A stretch of 43,163 bases of DNA, from positions 1 through 43,163 of the forward strand of contig JBBUBA010000022.1 in assembly GCA_038058485.1 (NCBI GenBank), in the 5' to 3' direction. The translations under genes were made by a program, and so were the position numbers. The notes under the pieces are model-generated. The model was given only the letters and a program-made list of their open reading frames with translations, ran no database searches and was not told the DNA's origin. This document shows positions 1-6,970 of this stretch, in pieces; positions within the stretch are counted from its first letter, which is position 1, and the number at the start of each line of letters is the position of its first letter. Source of the stretch: Patescibacteria group bacterium. Its GTDB lineage: Bacteria; Patescibacteriota; Minisyncoccia; Phycocordibacterales; Zambryskibacteraceae.

Positions 1-55
1 CTCCTTGCGGAACCAGTTCCTAAAACTGGCGTGTCTACCATTTCACCACCCGCCC
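1..55 (-). tRNA. tRNA-Leu(TAG), 5' part only, cut by window edge
   Basis: Reverse complement reads GGGCGGG-TG-GTG..CAC-G-CCAGT-TTTAGGA-ACTGG, followed by the start of a long variable arm (TTCCGCAAGGAG). The anticodon loop has T33, TAG and G37. Confidence 0.8.
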
Positions 56-205
56 ATTCTGACCCTATTGTGGTCACAGATAATTTCCTCGCCGTCGCTC
101 GAAAATTTCCGCGACCCCGACTCGGCTGTTTCGCATTCTAGCGAAACATGCCTCCGTCTCGCACAAGCCACAGGAAACAGCAGCAGTGCAGTTTCCCTGT
201 GCTTG

Positions 206-278
206 TGCGCCCAGTTGGATTCGAACCAACGACATTCCGCTTAAGAGGCGGCTACTCTACCACCTGAGTTATGGGCGC
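206..278 (-). tRNA. tRNA-Lys(CTT)
   Basis: The 73-nt reverse complement folds by hand into a cloverleaf. Acceptor GCGCCCA/TGGGCGC, anticodon loop CTCTTAA, T-arm GTTGG-TTCGAAT-CCAAC, discriminator A. No encoded CCA. Confidence 0.92.
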
Positions 279-287
279 GCGAGGCTT

Positions 288-316
288 ATTATCGCAGAGA
301 TTATCGCTTTTTTCAA
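288..316 (-). promoter_or_regulatory. putative promoter of tRNA-Lys (TTGAAA-17-GATAAT)
   Basis: On the minus strand TTGAAA, a 17-nt spacer and GATAAT end 9 nt before the tRNA 5' end. Confidence 0.45.
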
Positions 317-323
317 TATATGT

Positions 324-352
324 TTGACTTTGTAGTTTTTCTGTGATAGAGT
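324..352 (+). promoter_or_regulatory. putative promoter TTGACT-17-TAGAGT (cassette A, gene 1)
   Basis: Hexamers with a 17-nt spacer, back to back with the tRNA-Lys promoter and about 40 nt upstream of the ORF. Confidence 0.5.
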
Positions 353-391
353 CGCAAACAGACCTAGTATCTTGACTTCTTACATGCGGCC

Positions 392-1399
392 TTGCCGCGG
401 GGGTGGAACTTGACTGGGCTCATCATAGCAACACTCTTTTTCATCGGACTCGCGATTGCAATCAGAGTCCTCGCAACCTTCAACCTTCTGTGGACCTTCG
501 TCCCGGCCAACACCTTTGCCTTCGTTACAGGCAAGGGCAATGAGTCGGGCAGCATCGAAAACGGAGGTGGCGGCATTGTGGACATCATCCACAATGTCCC
601 CGGCAAGAGACTGGTGAAGACGAGCCCCGACAAGATGAAGTGGAAGTTCGTCGATGGTGTCGAGAGACGGAGCATCCTGTTCCTGTTCCTCGATGTGATC
701 TGGATCGGCCCATTCAGGACGCTCCGGACCAACAAGATCCATCGCTTCCGCTTCGGGAAAAAGAGTGACGAAGAGGTTGATGAGGACCACCTTATGTCAG
801 GTGATCTCGTCACTAAGTATGTCCCCTTCTCCGGGGAGCAAGCCGTCTCCATCAAGAAGGCCGAAACGAAGAGTATCTTCGGTCTCGACATCATCTTCAA
901 TGTCATTCAGGAGAAGACTCTGCCACTCAAGTCCGTCATCCGACTCGCCGACAGTAGCGCCTTCCTCTCCAGTATGATCAAGGAGAAGGTGATCGGCATT
1001 ACTGGCACGGAGAGTCCAGAGTATTTCCTGAAGGGCCCGGAAGCCAACAAGAAAAAGCTTGTCAAGGCCGCCGAGAAAGTGAGCAAGGCAGCTTTCGAAG
1101 AGCTTGGCACGACCATGACAGAAGTCACCATCGCGGCCCTCGATCCCGATGAGAAGAATCGAGAACTCTTCGAGCTCGATGAGCGGAGGAAGCGTGAGGG
1201 TCAGGCTGACCTCACCAAGGCGACATTCGCGGCAAAAGCCAAGAAAAAGGACAATGACGCCGATGCCGATCGTGTCGAGCGAGTCATCAAGCCCTCAGCC
1301 GAAAACGATCGTACCGTCAAGGTGGCGCAAGCCGAAGCCTATAGGTACAACACGACGGTCACGGTTGTCGGAGCTACTCCGATGACACAGGTTCCGTAA
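392..1399 (+). CDS. membrane-anchored protein, tentatively SPFH/band-7-like, in a GC-rich block
   Basis: Longest frame. TTG start at 392, with an alternative TTG at 410 preceded by GGGGTGG. N-terminal TM helix, then a globular part and a charged K/E/A-rich tail resembling SPFH-family layout by eye. Promoter upstream, hairpin plus T5 downstream. Family call is weak. Confidence 0.6.
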   Translation: MPRGWNLTGLIIATLFFIGLAIAIRVLATFNLLWTFVPANTFAFVTGKGNESGSIENGGGGIVDIIHNVPGKRLVKTSPDKMKWKFVDGVERRSILFLFLDVIWIGPFRTLRTNKIHRFRFGKKSDEEVDEDHLMSGDLVTKYVPFSGEQAVSIKKAETKSIFGLDIIFNVIQEKTLPLKSVIRLADSSAFLSSMIKEKVIGITGTESPEYFLKGPEANKKKLVKAAEKVSKAAFEELGTTMTEVTIAALDPDEKNRELFELDERRKREGQADLTKATFAAKAKKKDNDADADRVERVIKPSAENDRTVKVAQAEAYRYNTTVTVVGATPMTQVP

Positions 1400-1415
1400 C
1401 AGCACTTTGCACCGA

Positions 1416-1444
1416 GGCCAGCCAGAACAATGGCTGGCCTTTTT
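1416..1444 (+). terminator. intrinsic terminator
   Basis: GGCCAGCCA / TGGCTGGCC 9-bp stem, 6-nt loop, followed by TTTTT. Confidence 0.7.
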
Positions 1445-1449
1445 CATAC

Positions 1450-1479
1450 TTGACAAAATGTAATCATTTGTGCTATAAT
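1450..1479 (+). promoter_or_regulatory. consensus promoter TTGACA-18-TATAAT (cassette A, gene 2)
   Basis: Perfect hexamers. GGGGAG SD 8 nt before the ATG at 1530. Confidence 0.6.
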
Positions 1480-1529
1480 ACAAAAAGACATCGGACTATG
1501 AAGTTCTAACCCTAAGGGGAGATCCTTCC

Positions 1530-2240
1530 ATGAGAACGTTCCTCCGGAGCCTCACGGCACGGATAGCGCTCGCCATCACAAACTGGCGATCGGCTCGCAA
1601 GAAGAAGCCCAAGAAGTCCAAGTCTGGGCGCAAGTCGGGCAGGCTCCACATGATCACCCGAACCCAGTGGGTGGTGGCAATCGCCACCTTCATCGTTGTG
1701 GCTCTGATCTCACAGATGGCCTTCGGTGATACCAACTGGATGAGTTTCTTCACGAAACTCGGTCTTGTCGGGCTCGCCATCCTAGCCATCTGGCTCCTGT
1801 ACAAGCTGGTGCAGAAGCCGAGCTGGCGCGAGGTGGGGAGCAAACATGCAGGTGCAGTAGCGATCTGCTTGATTGCGATTGGCGCATTCGTGCTCGTCTT
1901 TCTCTTCATTCGCAATGACATGCGGAAGAGCGAGGAAGCCGAGCGTGCTCGACAAGACCGGATCGCAGAACTTGCGAGGCCACAATACGACACGGTCGTT
2001 GCACAACAATCCACCTGGAGCGATTCCATCGCACCCGGCCCCAACAAGAGGCTCGAGTGGCGGAGGATGAACCCGGTCTCCTACGCGGTCTACTACATGA
2101 CCGCGAGCGGAAACTCCGAGGTGGTCGAGTTCAACAAGAACTCGACCACCTTCCAAGAGATTCCCCCGTTCCTCTGGGTGAAGTTCATCTCGAGGGAGAC
2201 GGAGGCGGCCAGCATTCTGATCACAGAAACCTCCAGGTAA
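1530..2240 (+). CDS. hypothetical membrane protein (basic N-terminus, about 3 TM helices, C-terminal soluble domain)
   Basis: ATG with SD, GC3-rich codons, hydrophobic segments, terminator downstream. No family recognised by eye. Confidence 0.65.
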   Translation: MRTFLRSLTARIALAITNWRSARKKKPKKSKSGRKSGRLHMITRTQWVVAIATFIVVALISQMAFGDTNWMSFFTKLGLVGLAILAIWLLYKLVQKPSWREVGSKHAGAVAICLIAIGAFVLVFLFIRNDMRKSEEAERARQDRIAELARPQYDTVVAQQSTWSDSIAPGPNKRLEWRRMNPVSYAVYYMTASGNSEVVEFNKNSTTFQEIPPFLWVKFISRETEAASILITETSR

Positions 2241-2245
2241 CAAAC

Positions 2246-2283
2246 AGATCCCCGCGAGCCAATTTATCGGCTCTCGGGGATCT
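2246..2283 (+). terminator. GC-rich hairpin, probable terminator
   Basis: AGATCCCCGCGAGCC ... GGCTCTCGGGGATCT, 14 of 15 bp. The T-tract is weak (TCTTTAGTTT). Confidence 0.5.
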
Positions 2284-2298
2284 TTAGTTTGTATTTAT

Positions 2299-2565
2299 TT
2301 ATTGACCGAGGTATGTAGGCTGGCTCACACCGAATGTGCCAAGGACAATACGTATGAGTCCGTAGGCACTAAACATGATGAACATGCCTATAAGCCCGTA
2401 GATAATTTTCTGCTTGCCCTTTTCGCGCTCAGTGCTCTCCCCTGCTTTAGAAATAAACTGGAAAATGCCAAAGAAGAAAACTAGAACGGCTATGGCAAAG
2501 ACAAGGATGATGAGAGGGTTAATGATTGCCACATTAACCTTGTTGAGAAAATTGGAGATATCCAT
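2299..2565 (-). CDS. VirB2/TrbC-like (T4SS-pilin-like) small membrane protein, paralogue 1
   Basis: TM1, short charged loop (AGESTEREKGKQK) and TM2. Aligns by eye with the next three ORFs (FFG..FI...G....KGK..IYG). Confidence 0.65.
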   Translation of the reverse strand: MDISNFLNKVNVAIINPLIILVFAIAVLVFFFGIFQFISKAGESTEREKGKQKIIYGLIGMFIMFSAYGLIRIVLGTFGVSQPTYLGQ

Positions 2566-2580
2566 GAATCTCCAGAATGT

Positions 2581-2940
2581 TTAGAGTCCCGGTACAGATG
2601 GGATACCGCCCGTAACTTGACCACCAGTCTGAACTCCAAGTGAGCCAGCGATGAATCCTACTAGACCCCAAACTGCAACCATGACGAAGAGAGCAATAAT
2701 ACCGTATATCATGATGCTTTTGCCTTCGGCTTTTGATTCCTCATTGCCAGCAGCAAAAATAAACTTCATCAAGCCCCAGAAGAAAGCAAGGAGCGCTAGG
2801 CCGACAACTATAGGAAGGGCCGCAGAGACCAGCCTACTAATAGAGCCAAGCAGAACCTGAAGATTGTTTAAATCTGGAGAGCCTTGGGCTAATGCCAAGC
2901 TAGGAGCGAAAGCGAGGGTGGCGTATAGTAATTTTTTCAT
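2581..2940 (-). CDS. VirB2/TrbC-like pilin paralogue 2 (signal peptide)
   Basis: Start taken at MKKLLYATLAF...ALAQG (signal peptide). Core FFWGLMKFIFAAGNEESKAEGKSIMIYG followed by a second TM. Confidence 0.7.
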   Translation of the reverse strand: MKKLLYATLAFAPSLALAQGSPDLNNLQVLLGSISRLVSAALPIVVGLALLAFFWGLMKFIFAAGNEESKAEGKSIMIYGIIALFVMVAVWGLVGFIAGSLGVQTGGQVTGGIPSVPGL

Positions 2941-3038
2941 GTGTCTAACTAACAAATGTTATTTGTAATATACCGGGAAGGGTATGACTATATGATACCC
3001 CAGAGTTCAGTAACTTCAACACGGCTATCCACTACAAG

Positions 3039-3410
3039 CTAGATGGATGCACTAGATCCTTGATTCCACCAACCTCCTCCTTGTGGTTGATTGACACCAT
3101 CAATACCTAACTCCTTTTGGAAAAATCCGATAATCCCCCAAACTGCTACCATTACAAAGAGGGCAACTAGTCCCCACTTCATTAGATTCTTTCCTTCCTC
3201 GATAGCCTTCTCATCTCCTCCAATCTTGAAGATGAACTTGACGAGCCCCCACATAAAGACAAGTAGAGCCAGACCTGCAACCACTACAATAGCCTGCCTT
3301 GTCAAACTGCCAACAGCAATAATAAGCTCTCCTGTTTTCGTAAGCTGAGCAAAAGTTACTAAAGGAAAAAGCAAAAGCCCTACTGGTAATATGTTTTTGT
3401 ATAATTTCAT
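3039..3410 (-). CDS. VirB2/TrbC-like pilin paralogue 3 (signal peptide)
   Basis: Signal peptide ..TFAQ. Core FMWGLVKFIFKIGGDEKAIEEGKNLMKWG followed by a second TM. Confidence 0.7.
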   Translation of the reverse strand: MKLYKNILPVGLLLFPLVTFAQLTKTGELIIAVGSLTRQAIVVVAGLALLVFMWGLVKFIFKIGGDEKAIEEGKNLMKWGLVALFVMVAVWGIIGFFQKELGIDGVNQPQGGGWWNQGSSASI

Positions 3411-3420
3411 TTAATTTCTA

Positions 3421-3708
3421 TTATTGTCCTGTCGGCAATACCGGTATGCCGAATGGTCTGCTGAAGCCGATGTCTCGGTAAGCAAACCTGATGATCCCCA
3501 CAAATGATAGCATCACAAAGAGAGAAATTAATCCCCATATCATCAAACTCTTACCCTCCTCATGACTCTTAGTGTCGCCAGACTTAGCTATGAACTTCAC
3601 TATCCCCCAGACGAAAATGAGAGTTGCTAGACTAAAGAGTACTGGCAATGCGAGCATAATAAGTCTTAAGAAGATTACTACCAACTCGGATAAATTGCTT
3701 GGAGGCAT
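3421..3708 (-). CDS. VirB2/TrbC-like pilin paralogue 4
   Basis: Core FVWGIVKFIAKSGDTKSHEEGKSLMIWG followed by a second TM. Its ATG overlaps the stop of the upstream gene (TAATG). Confidence 0.7.
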   Translation of the reverse strand: MPPSNLSELVVIFLRLIMLALPVLFSLATLIFVWGIVKFIAKSGDTKSHEEGKSLMIWGLISLFVMLSFVGIIRFAYRDIGFSRPFGIPVLPTGQ

Positions 3709-4157
3709 TATGGTGTCGATCTTAGAGAATCAATAGTGCCAGTAATAACATTAGTTAGTACTACAGCCCCAAGTAATATGGCTGTCCCGATAACGGTATA
3801 GAGGAGAGCCCTCTTGGCTGTCTCAAGTTTGGTCGGATCTCCTTGAGCTGTGACAAAGAGAAAACCAGACCAAATGAAAGCAATCACCGCTACCACGCCG
3901 GCCAAAGGCAAAAGCACTTTCTCTACCACTGCTTTGATAAATTCAGGAAGACTATTCCCAAAATTGAAAGGATTGGGGATGCTAGTGTTCACTCCCTGGG
4001 TGTTTCCCCCTCCATCATTTCCGGCAGTAGGACCTCCTCCATCCTGCGCAGGAGGTGGATCTTGCGGATCATTGGGTAAATCAGCGCGAACCGCAGAAAC
4101 TCCAGCACCAGAAGACAAAATCATCATTAGAACCAAAGTTAGAAAAATTTTTTTCAT
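3708..4157 (-). CDS. VirB2/TrbC-like pilin paralogue 5 (signal peptide, P/G-rich linker)
   Basis: Signal peptide, P/G/D-rich region, then AFIWSGFLFVTAQGDPTKLETAKRALLYTVIG followed by a second TM. Confidence 0.65.
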   Translation of the reverse strand: MKKIFLTLVLMMILSSGAGVSAVRADLPNDPQDPPPAQDGGGPTAGNDGGGNTQGVNTSIPNPFNFGNSLPEFIKAVVEKVLLPLAGVVAVIAFIWSGFLFVTAQGDPTKLETAKRALLYTVIGTAILLGAVVLTNVITGTIDSLRSTP

Positions 4158-4162
4158 CTGTT

Positions 4163-4507
4163 TTATCTAGGTGCTCCTAGAAGCGAGTAACCCTCGTTAG
4201 GTTTAAGTAGCACATTAGTAATAGTATAGACTATGAGCCACGCTGCAAGAACAAAAATGAATCCCTTGAGAACACTCACCGCAGCGTTTTTGGCCTTCTC
4301 TCTTGCTCCAGTATCACCTCCAGAAGTTACAAGAGTGAAGCCAATCCACATGAAGGCGATAGTGGCAAGAATAACGGAGATGACAACCAAATTGTTTATA
4401 ACAGCTACAGCAAGAGCTATGAGGTCATTAAAACCGCAAGGGTGCGCATATTTCGTAGGTTCATCTACTCCGCACACTATCATTGATTCCAAGACGCCAA
4501 AATTCAT
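4163..4507 (-). CDS. VirB2/TrbC-like pilin paralogue 6
   Basis: AFMWIGFTLVTSGGDTGAREKAKNAAVSVLKG followed by a second TM. Its start overlaps the stop of the upstream gene by 4 nt (ATGA). Confidence 0.6.
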   Translation of the reverse strand: MNFGVLESMIVCGVDEPTKYAHPCGFNDLIALAVAVINNLVVISVILATIAFMWIGFTLVTSGGDTGAREKAKNAAVSVLKGFIFVLAAWLIVYTITNVLLKPNEGYSLLGAPR

Positions 4508-5796
4508 TTAATTTGAGTTAAAAGAGCATTAAGAGACGTGTTAGCACTTCCGACAGCTTCCTCAAGCCTAGACCTTCCAGAGGTTACAGCTTCAACCATG
4601 TCAGAAAAGATTTTGGCAGTTTTAATCGAATCTGGGTCAAGCCACCCGGCTGACTGAAGGGCCGCTCCATAGAACACAAAACCAGCCGAGTCAGTTGGCT
4701 TTGTAGATAAGAGATCTCGTCTAGCTGGGATAAGCGGATTGGCAGAAGAGAGAGCTTTGGCACTCTCTTTGGAAACTAACTTCAAGGCGCCAGCTAGAGC
4801 GCTAGCAGGGTCTTTGGTACTCCTGACTATGGCAATACCATAAAGCCTGCCGAAAGTCATAACTTTGTTTGACACTCTCGACTGTGGTACAGGAGCAATA
4901 CCTATATCCATTGTGGGGTTCTTAGCTTTGAGTACTGGTAACTCGCTGGCAAATCCTAGATACATAGCTGACTTACCACTAGTGAAGTGAGTGTCAGCAT
5001 TGGTCTGCGAACGATTCCACGAGTAATAAGCTTTCTGGGGATTAGCAAATTGAGTATAGAACTCGAGAGCCGATATGGCTGGGGCTTGTAATCCCCCAGA
5101 GACGTTCTCCAACATAACCGAACGAATTGTCCCCCCCGAATAGGCTGTAATTTGTGTGCCGGCTTGAAGCATGAGAAGGCTCAAAATTTCTTTAACGTGT
5201 GGAATGTTCTTAGCTTCTCCCAGAGCCATGGCTGTTTGAGTAATGTTTCCTGCTCCATCCTTAATCGTAAGCTTTGAGATGTAATCATAGATTTGGTCCC
5301 AATAAACCGGCGGAGCCGCTAAAGAAGATTTGGCTAAAAGATCTCTGTTCCAGTACATAACCATCGGGTCCACATACATAGGAAGAGCAAAGACACCAAG
5401 AGATGTTTCGAATAACTCCCCTTCTTTAATAAAAGTCGATGCGTAATCCGCGGATCGTACACTAAGCGGTGGGATAATTGTGAGCTTATCCTTGTCCTTC
5501 AAAAGGTTACTTGCCGGAATAATAATAAGGTCGGGCCCCTTACCAACAGCTAGCGCTTCGGTAAAATCACTTGAGAGTTTGTCCGCCGACTTCTCTGTGT
5601 AATTCATGGTCAGCGACTCATCATTGGCGATGCCAGTACTAGTCAGCAGATTGCTAAAGTCGTACACGCTCAAGCTCCCCCAAACATTTAAGTTGACCTT
5701 CGCCACACTACTGCCACGATTTCTGGAGAAAAGGATGACGGCGAGTAGTATGAAGGCTCCGAAGACAACTAGGAGAACAATCTGAAATTTGGACAT
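4504..5796 (-). CDS. membrane-anchored extracellular solute-binding-protein-like protein (family 1 SBP-like)
   Basis: N-terminal TM anchor, then a roughly 400-aa domain resembling sugar-type ABC SBPs by eye (..PDLIIIPA.., ..MYWNRDLL.., ..YYSWN..). No permease or ATPase is adjacent. Confidence 0.5.
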   Translation of the reverse strand: MSKFQIVLLVVFGAFILLAVILFSRNRGSSVAKVNLNVWGSLSVYDFSNLLTSTGIANDESLTMNYTEKSADKLSSDFTEALAVGKGPDLIIIPASNLLKDKDKLTIIPPLSVRSADYASTFIKEGELFETSLGVFALPMYVDPMVMYWNRDLLAKSSLAAPPVYWDQIYDYISKLTIKDGAGNITQTAMALGEAKNIPHVKEILSLLMLQAGTQITAYSGGTIRSVMLENVSGGLQAPAISALEFYTQFANPQKAYYSWNRSQTNADTHFTSGKSAMYLGFASELPVLKAKNPTMDIGIAPVPQSRVSNKVMTFGRLYGIAIVRSTKDPASALAGALKLVSKESAKALSSANPLIPARRDLLSTKPTDSAGFVFYGAALQSAGWLDPDSIKTAKIFSDMVEAVTSGRSRLEEAVGSANTSLNALLTQIK

Positions 5797-5806
5797 ATGG
5801 CTTTTA

Positions 5807-6391
5807 TTATTGTAGTGGTTTCTTCAAGATTAGACCATAGTGGTGTTCCCCAGCTCCAAATCCGCGCTCAAAGACGAATCCTGCTTTTTCAAAAAGTTTT
5901 TTACTATCAGCTTCTGTAAGTGGAGCTAGTTCTCGGCTCAACTTCTTGTTGGTAATGACAGAGAGGTCCGACCACTCCACAATGCAAACCTTACCTCCCA
6001 GCTTCAAAATCCTTTTAGCTTCCTCTACCGCCCCACTCAAATCGTTCAACTGGTACAAAATATTTGAAAATACTACCCCATCAGCGAAACCATCTCGCAG
6101 TTTAGTGCCATTCCTCTTTTGGACATCACCATTTATTACTTCAATATTATCTTGCCCTGACCGAATAGATTCGTTCTTAAGTTTAGCTAGTATATCTTCA
6201 TTAAGATCAACTGCCACGACCTTGCCCGTCAAACCAAGGACTGTAGAAAGGGCTAGCGAGTAATGCCCAGCTCCACTCGCGAGATCTACTACCTTTTGCC
6301 CGGGAATAAAGCCGAATTCCAAAACATTCTTTTTGGGGTCGGAAAACATGACTCTATTATACAGGATTTGAGCCATAATCTGAGCCACCAT
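5807..6391 (-). CDS. class I SAM-dependent methyltransferase
   Basis: Motif I VVDLASGAGHYS, with a later DGVVFSNIL. The ORF is open to 6463, but I prefer the ATG at 6391 (alternative 6349) because the upstream codons run into the cassette B promoter. Confidence 0.7.
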   Translation of the reverse strand: MVAQIMAQILYNRVMFSDPKKNVLEFGFIPGQKVVDLASGAGHYSLALSTVLGLTGKVVAVDLNEDILAKLKNESIRSGQDNIEVINGDVQKRNGTKLRDGFADGVVFSNILYQLNDLSGAVEEAKRILKLGGKVCIVEWSDLSVITNKKLSRELAPLTEADSKKLFEKAGFVFERGFGAGEHHYGLILKKPLQ

Positions 6392-6397
6392 TTCTGC

Positions 6398-6426
6398 TTG
6401 ACAAAATAGATATCTGGGTGTATGAT
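6398..6426 (+). promoter_or_regulatory. promoter TTGACA-17-TATGAT (cassette B)
   Basis: Hexamers with a 17-nt spacer. GGGAG SD 6 nt before the ATG at 6462. Confidence 0.55.
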
Positions 6427-6461
6427 TAAACGAGTACTGAACCTTCACAAGGGAGTATGCC

Positions 6462-6893
6462 ATGAAAAACCATCACCCCGACCGCGGATATATCATCCGC
6501 TTGTCGGCCACCATGACTGTGATGTTGGGGCTCATGTTGAGCATCAACATCTACGAGGTCGTGGCCCAGACTCCGCGGCAGGAAGTCCAGATGCGGATCA
6601 TGGCCCAGACGGCTGGGACGAACGGACCGATGACGGTGCGCTCGGATTCCGGCAGCCTGCGAACCCTTACCGTCGTTGGGGGCCAGATCTTCAGGATCAC
6701 CCTCCAGTCGGTTGGCGCCTCTGCATGCCAGATGAACTCCCCCTTCGTGGGTGGCGTGCCCACGAACTGGACGAGTGAGGGTAATCCGGGCGAACGGTTA
6801 TACCCCGCTCCCGGCGGCAAGACGATCATCAAGTTCGCCTGCACCAACATGGTGCAGAGCGCCCAAGACAGTGTCGTCATCTCCCGACAATGA
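6462..6893 (+). CDS. secreted/anchored single-domain protein related to the repeat domain of the 28182-30338 surface protein
   Basis: N-terminal hydrophobic segment. SACQMNSP...NPGERLYPAPGGKTIIKFACTN..AQDSVV parallels TACQMSPS...NPFYPSTSTPVTITITCTNG..ASDTVV. The block is GC-rich (68 of 120 GC over 6481-6600 by hand). Confidence 0.65.
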   Translation: MKNHHPDRGYIIRLSATMTVMLGLMLSINIYEVVAQTPRQEVQMRIMAQTAGTNGPMTVRSDSGSLRTLTVVGGQIFRITLQSVGASACQMNSPFVGGVPTNWTSEGNPGERLYPAPGGKTIIKFACTNMVQSAQDSVVISRQ

Positions 6894-6914
6894 ACGCCCA
6901 CGCGGCGTAGAGCA

Positions 6915-6948
6915 AAGCCCCGAGCGACACATCGCTCGGGGCTTCTTC
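6915..6948 (+). terminator. intrinsic terminator of cassette B
   Basis: GCCCCGAGCG / CGCTCGGGGC 10-bp stem followed by TTCTTC. Confidence 0.6.
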
Positions 6949-6970
6949 ACATCAAAATTCCATAAGTAAA

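Noticed and set aside
5-244. 79-aa plus-strand ORF
   Set aside because: It overlaps two well-folding minus-strand tRNAs and their spacer and has no start context. It is an artefact of the GC-rich spacer.
364-2243. Several 130-180-aa minus-strand ORFs (364-906, 380-790, 1496-2047, 1782-2243) antisense to the block A genes
   Set aside because: Long antisense frames are expected in GC-rich DNA. Promoter, SD and terminator polarity all support the plus strand, and the plus frames are longer.
317-2290. Prophage or tRNA-targeting integrative island interpretation for block A
   Set aside because: There are no integrase, phage structural or replication genes. The block lies at the promoter (5') side of tRNA-Lys rather than its 3' end, and I found no duplicated tRNA segment.
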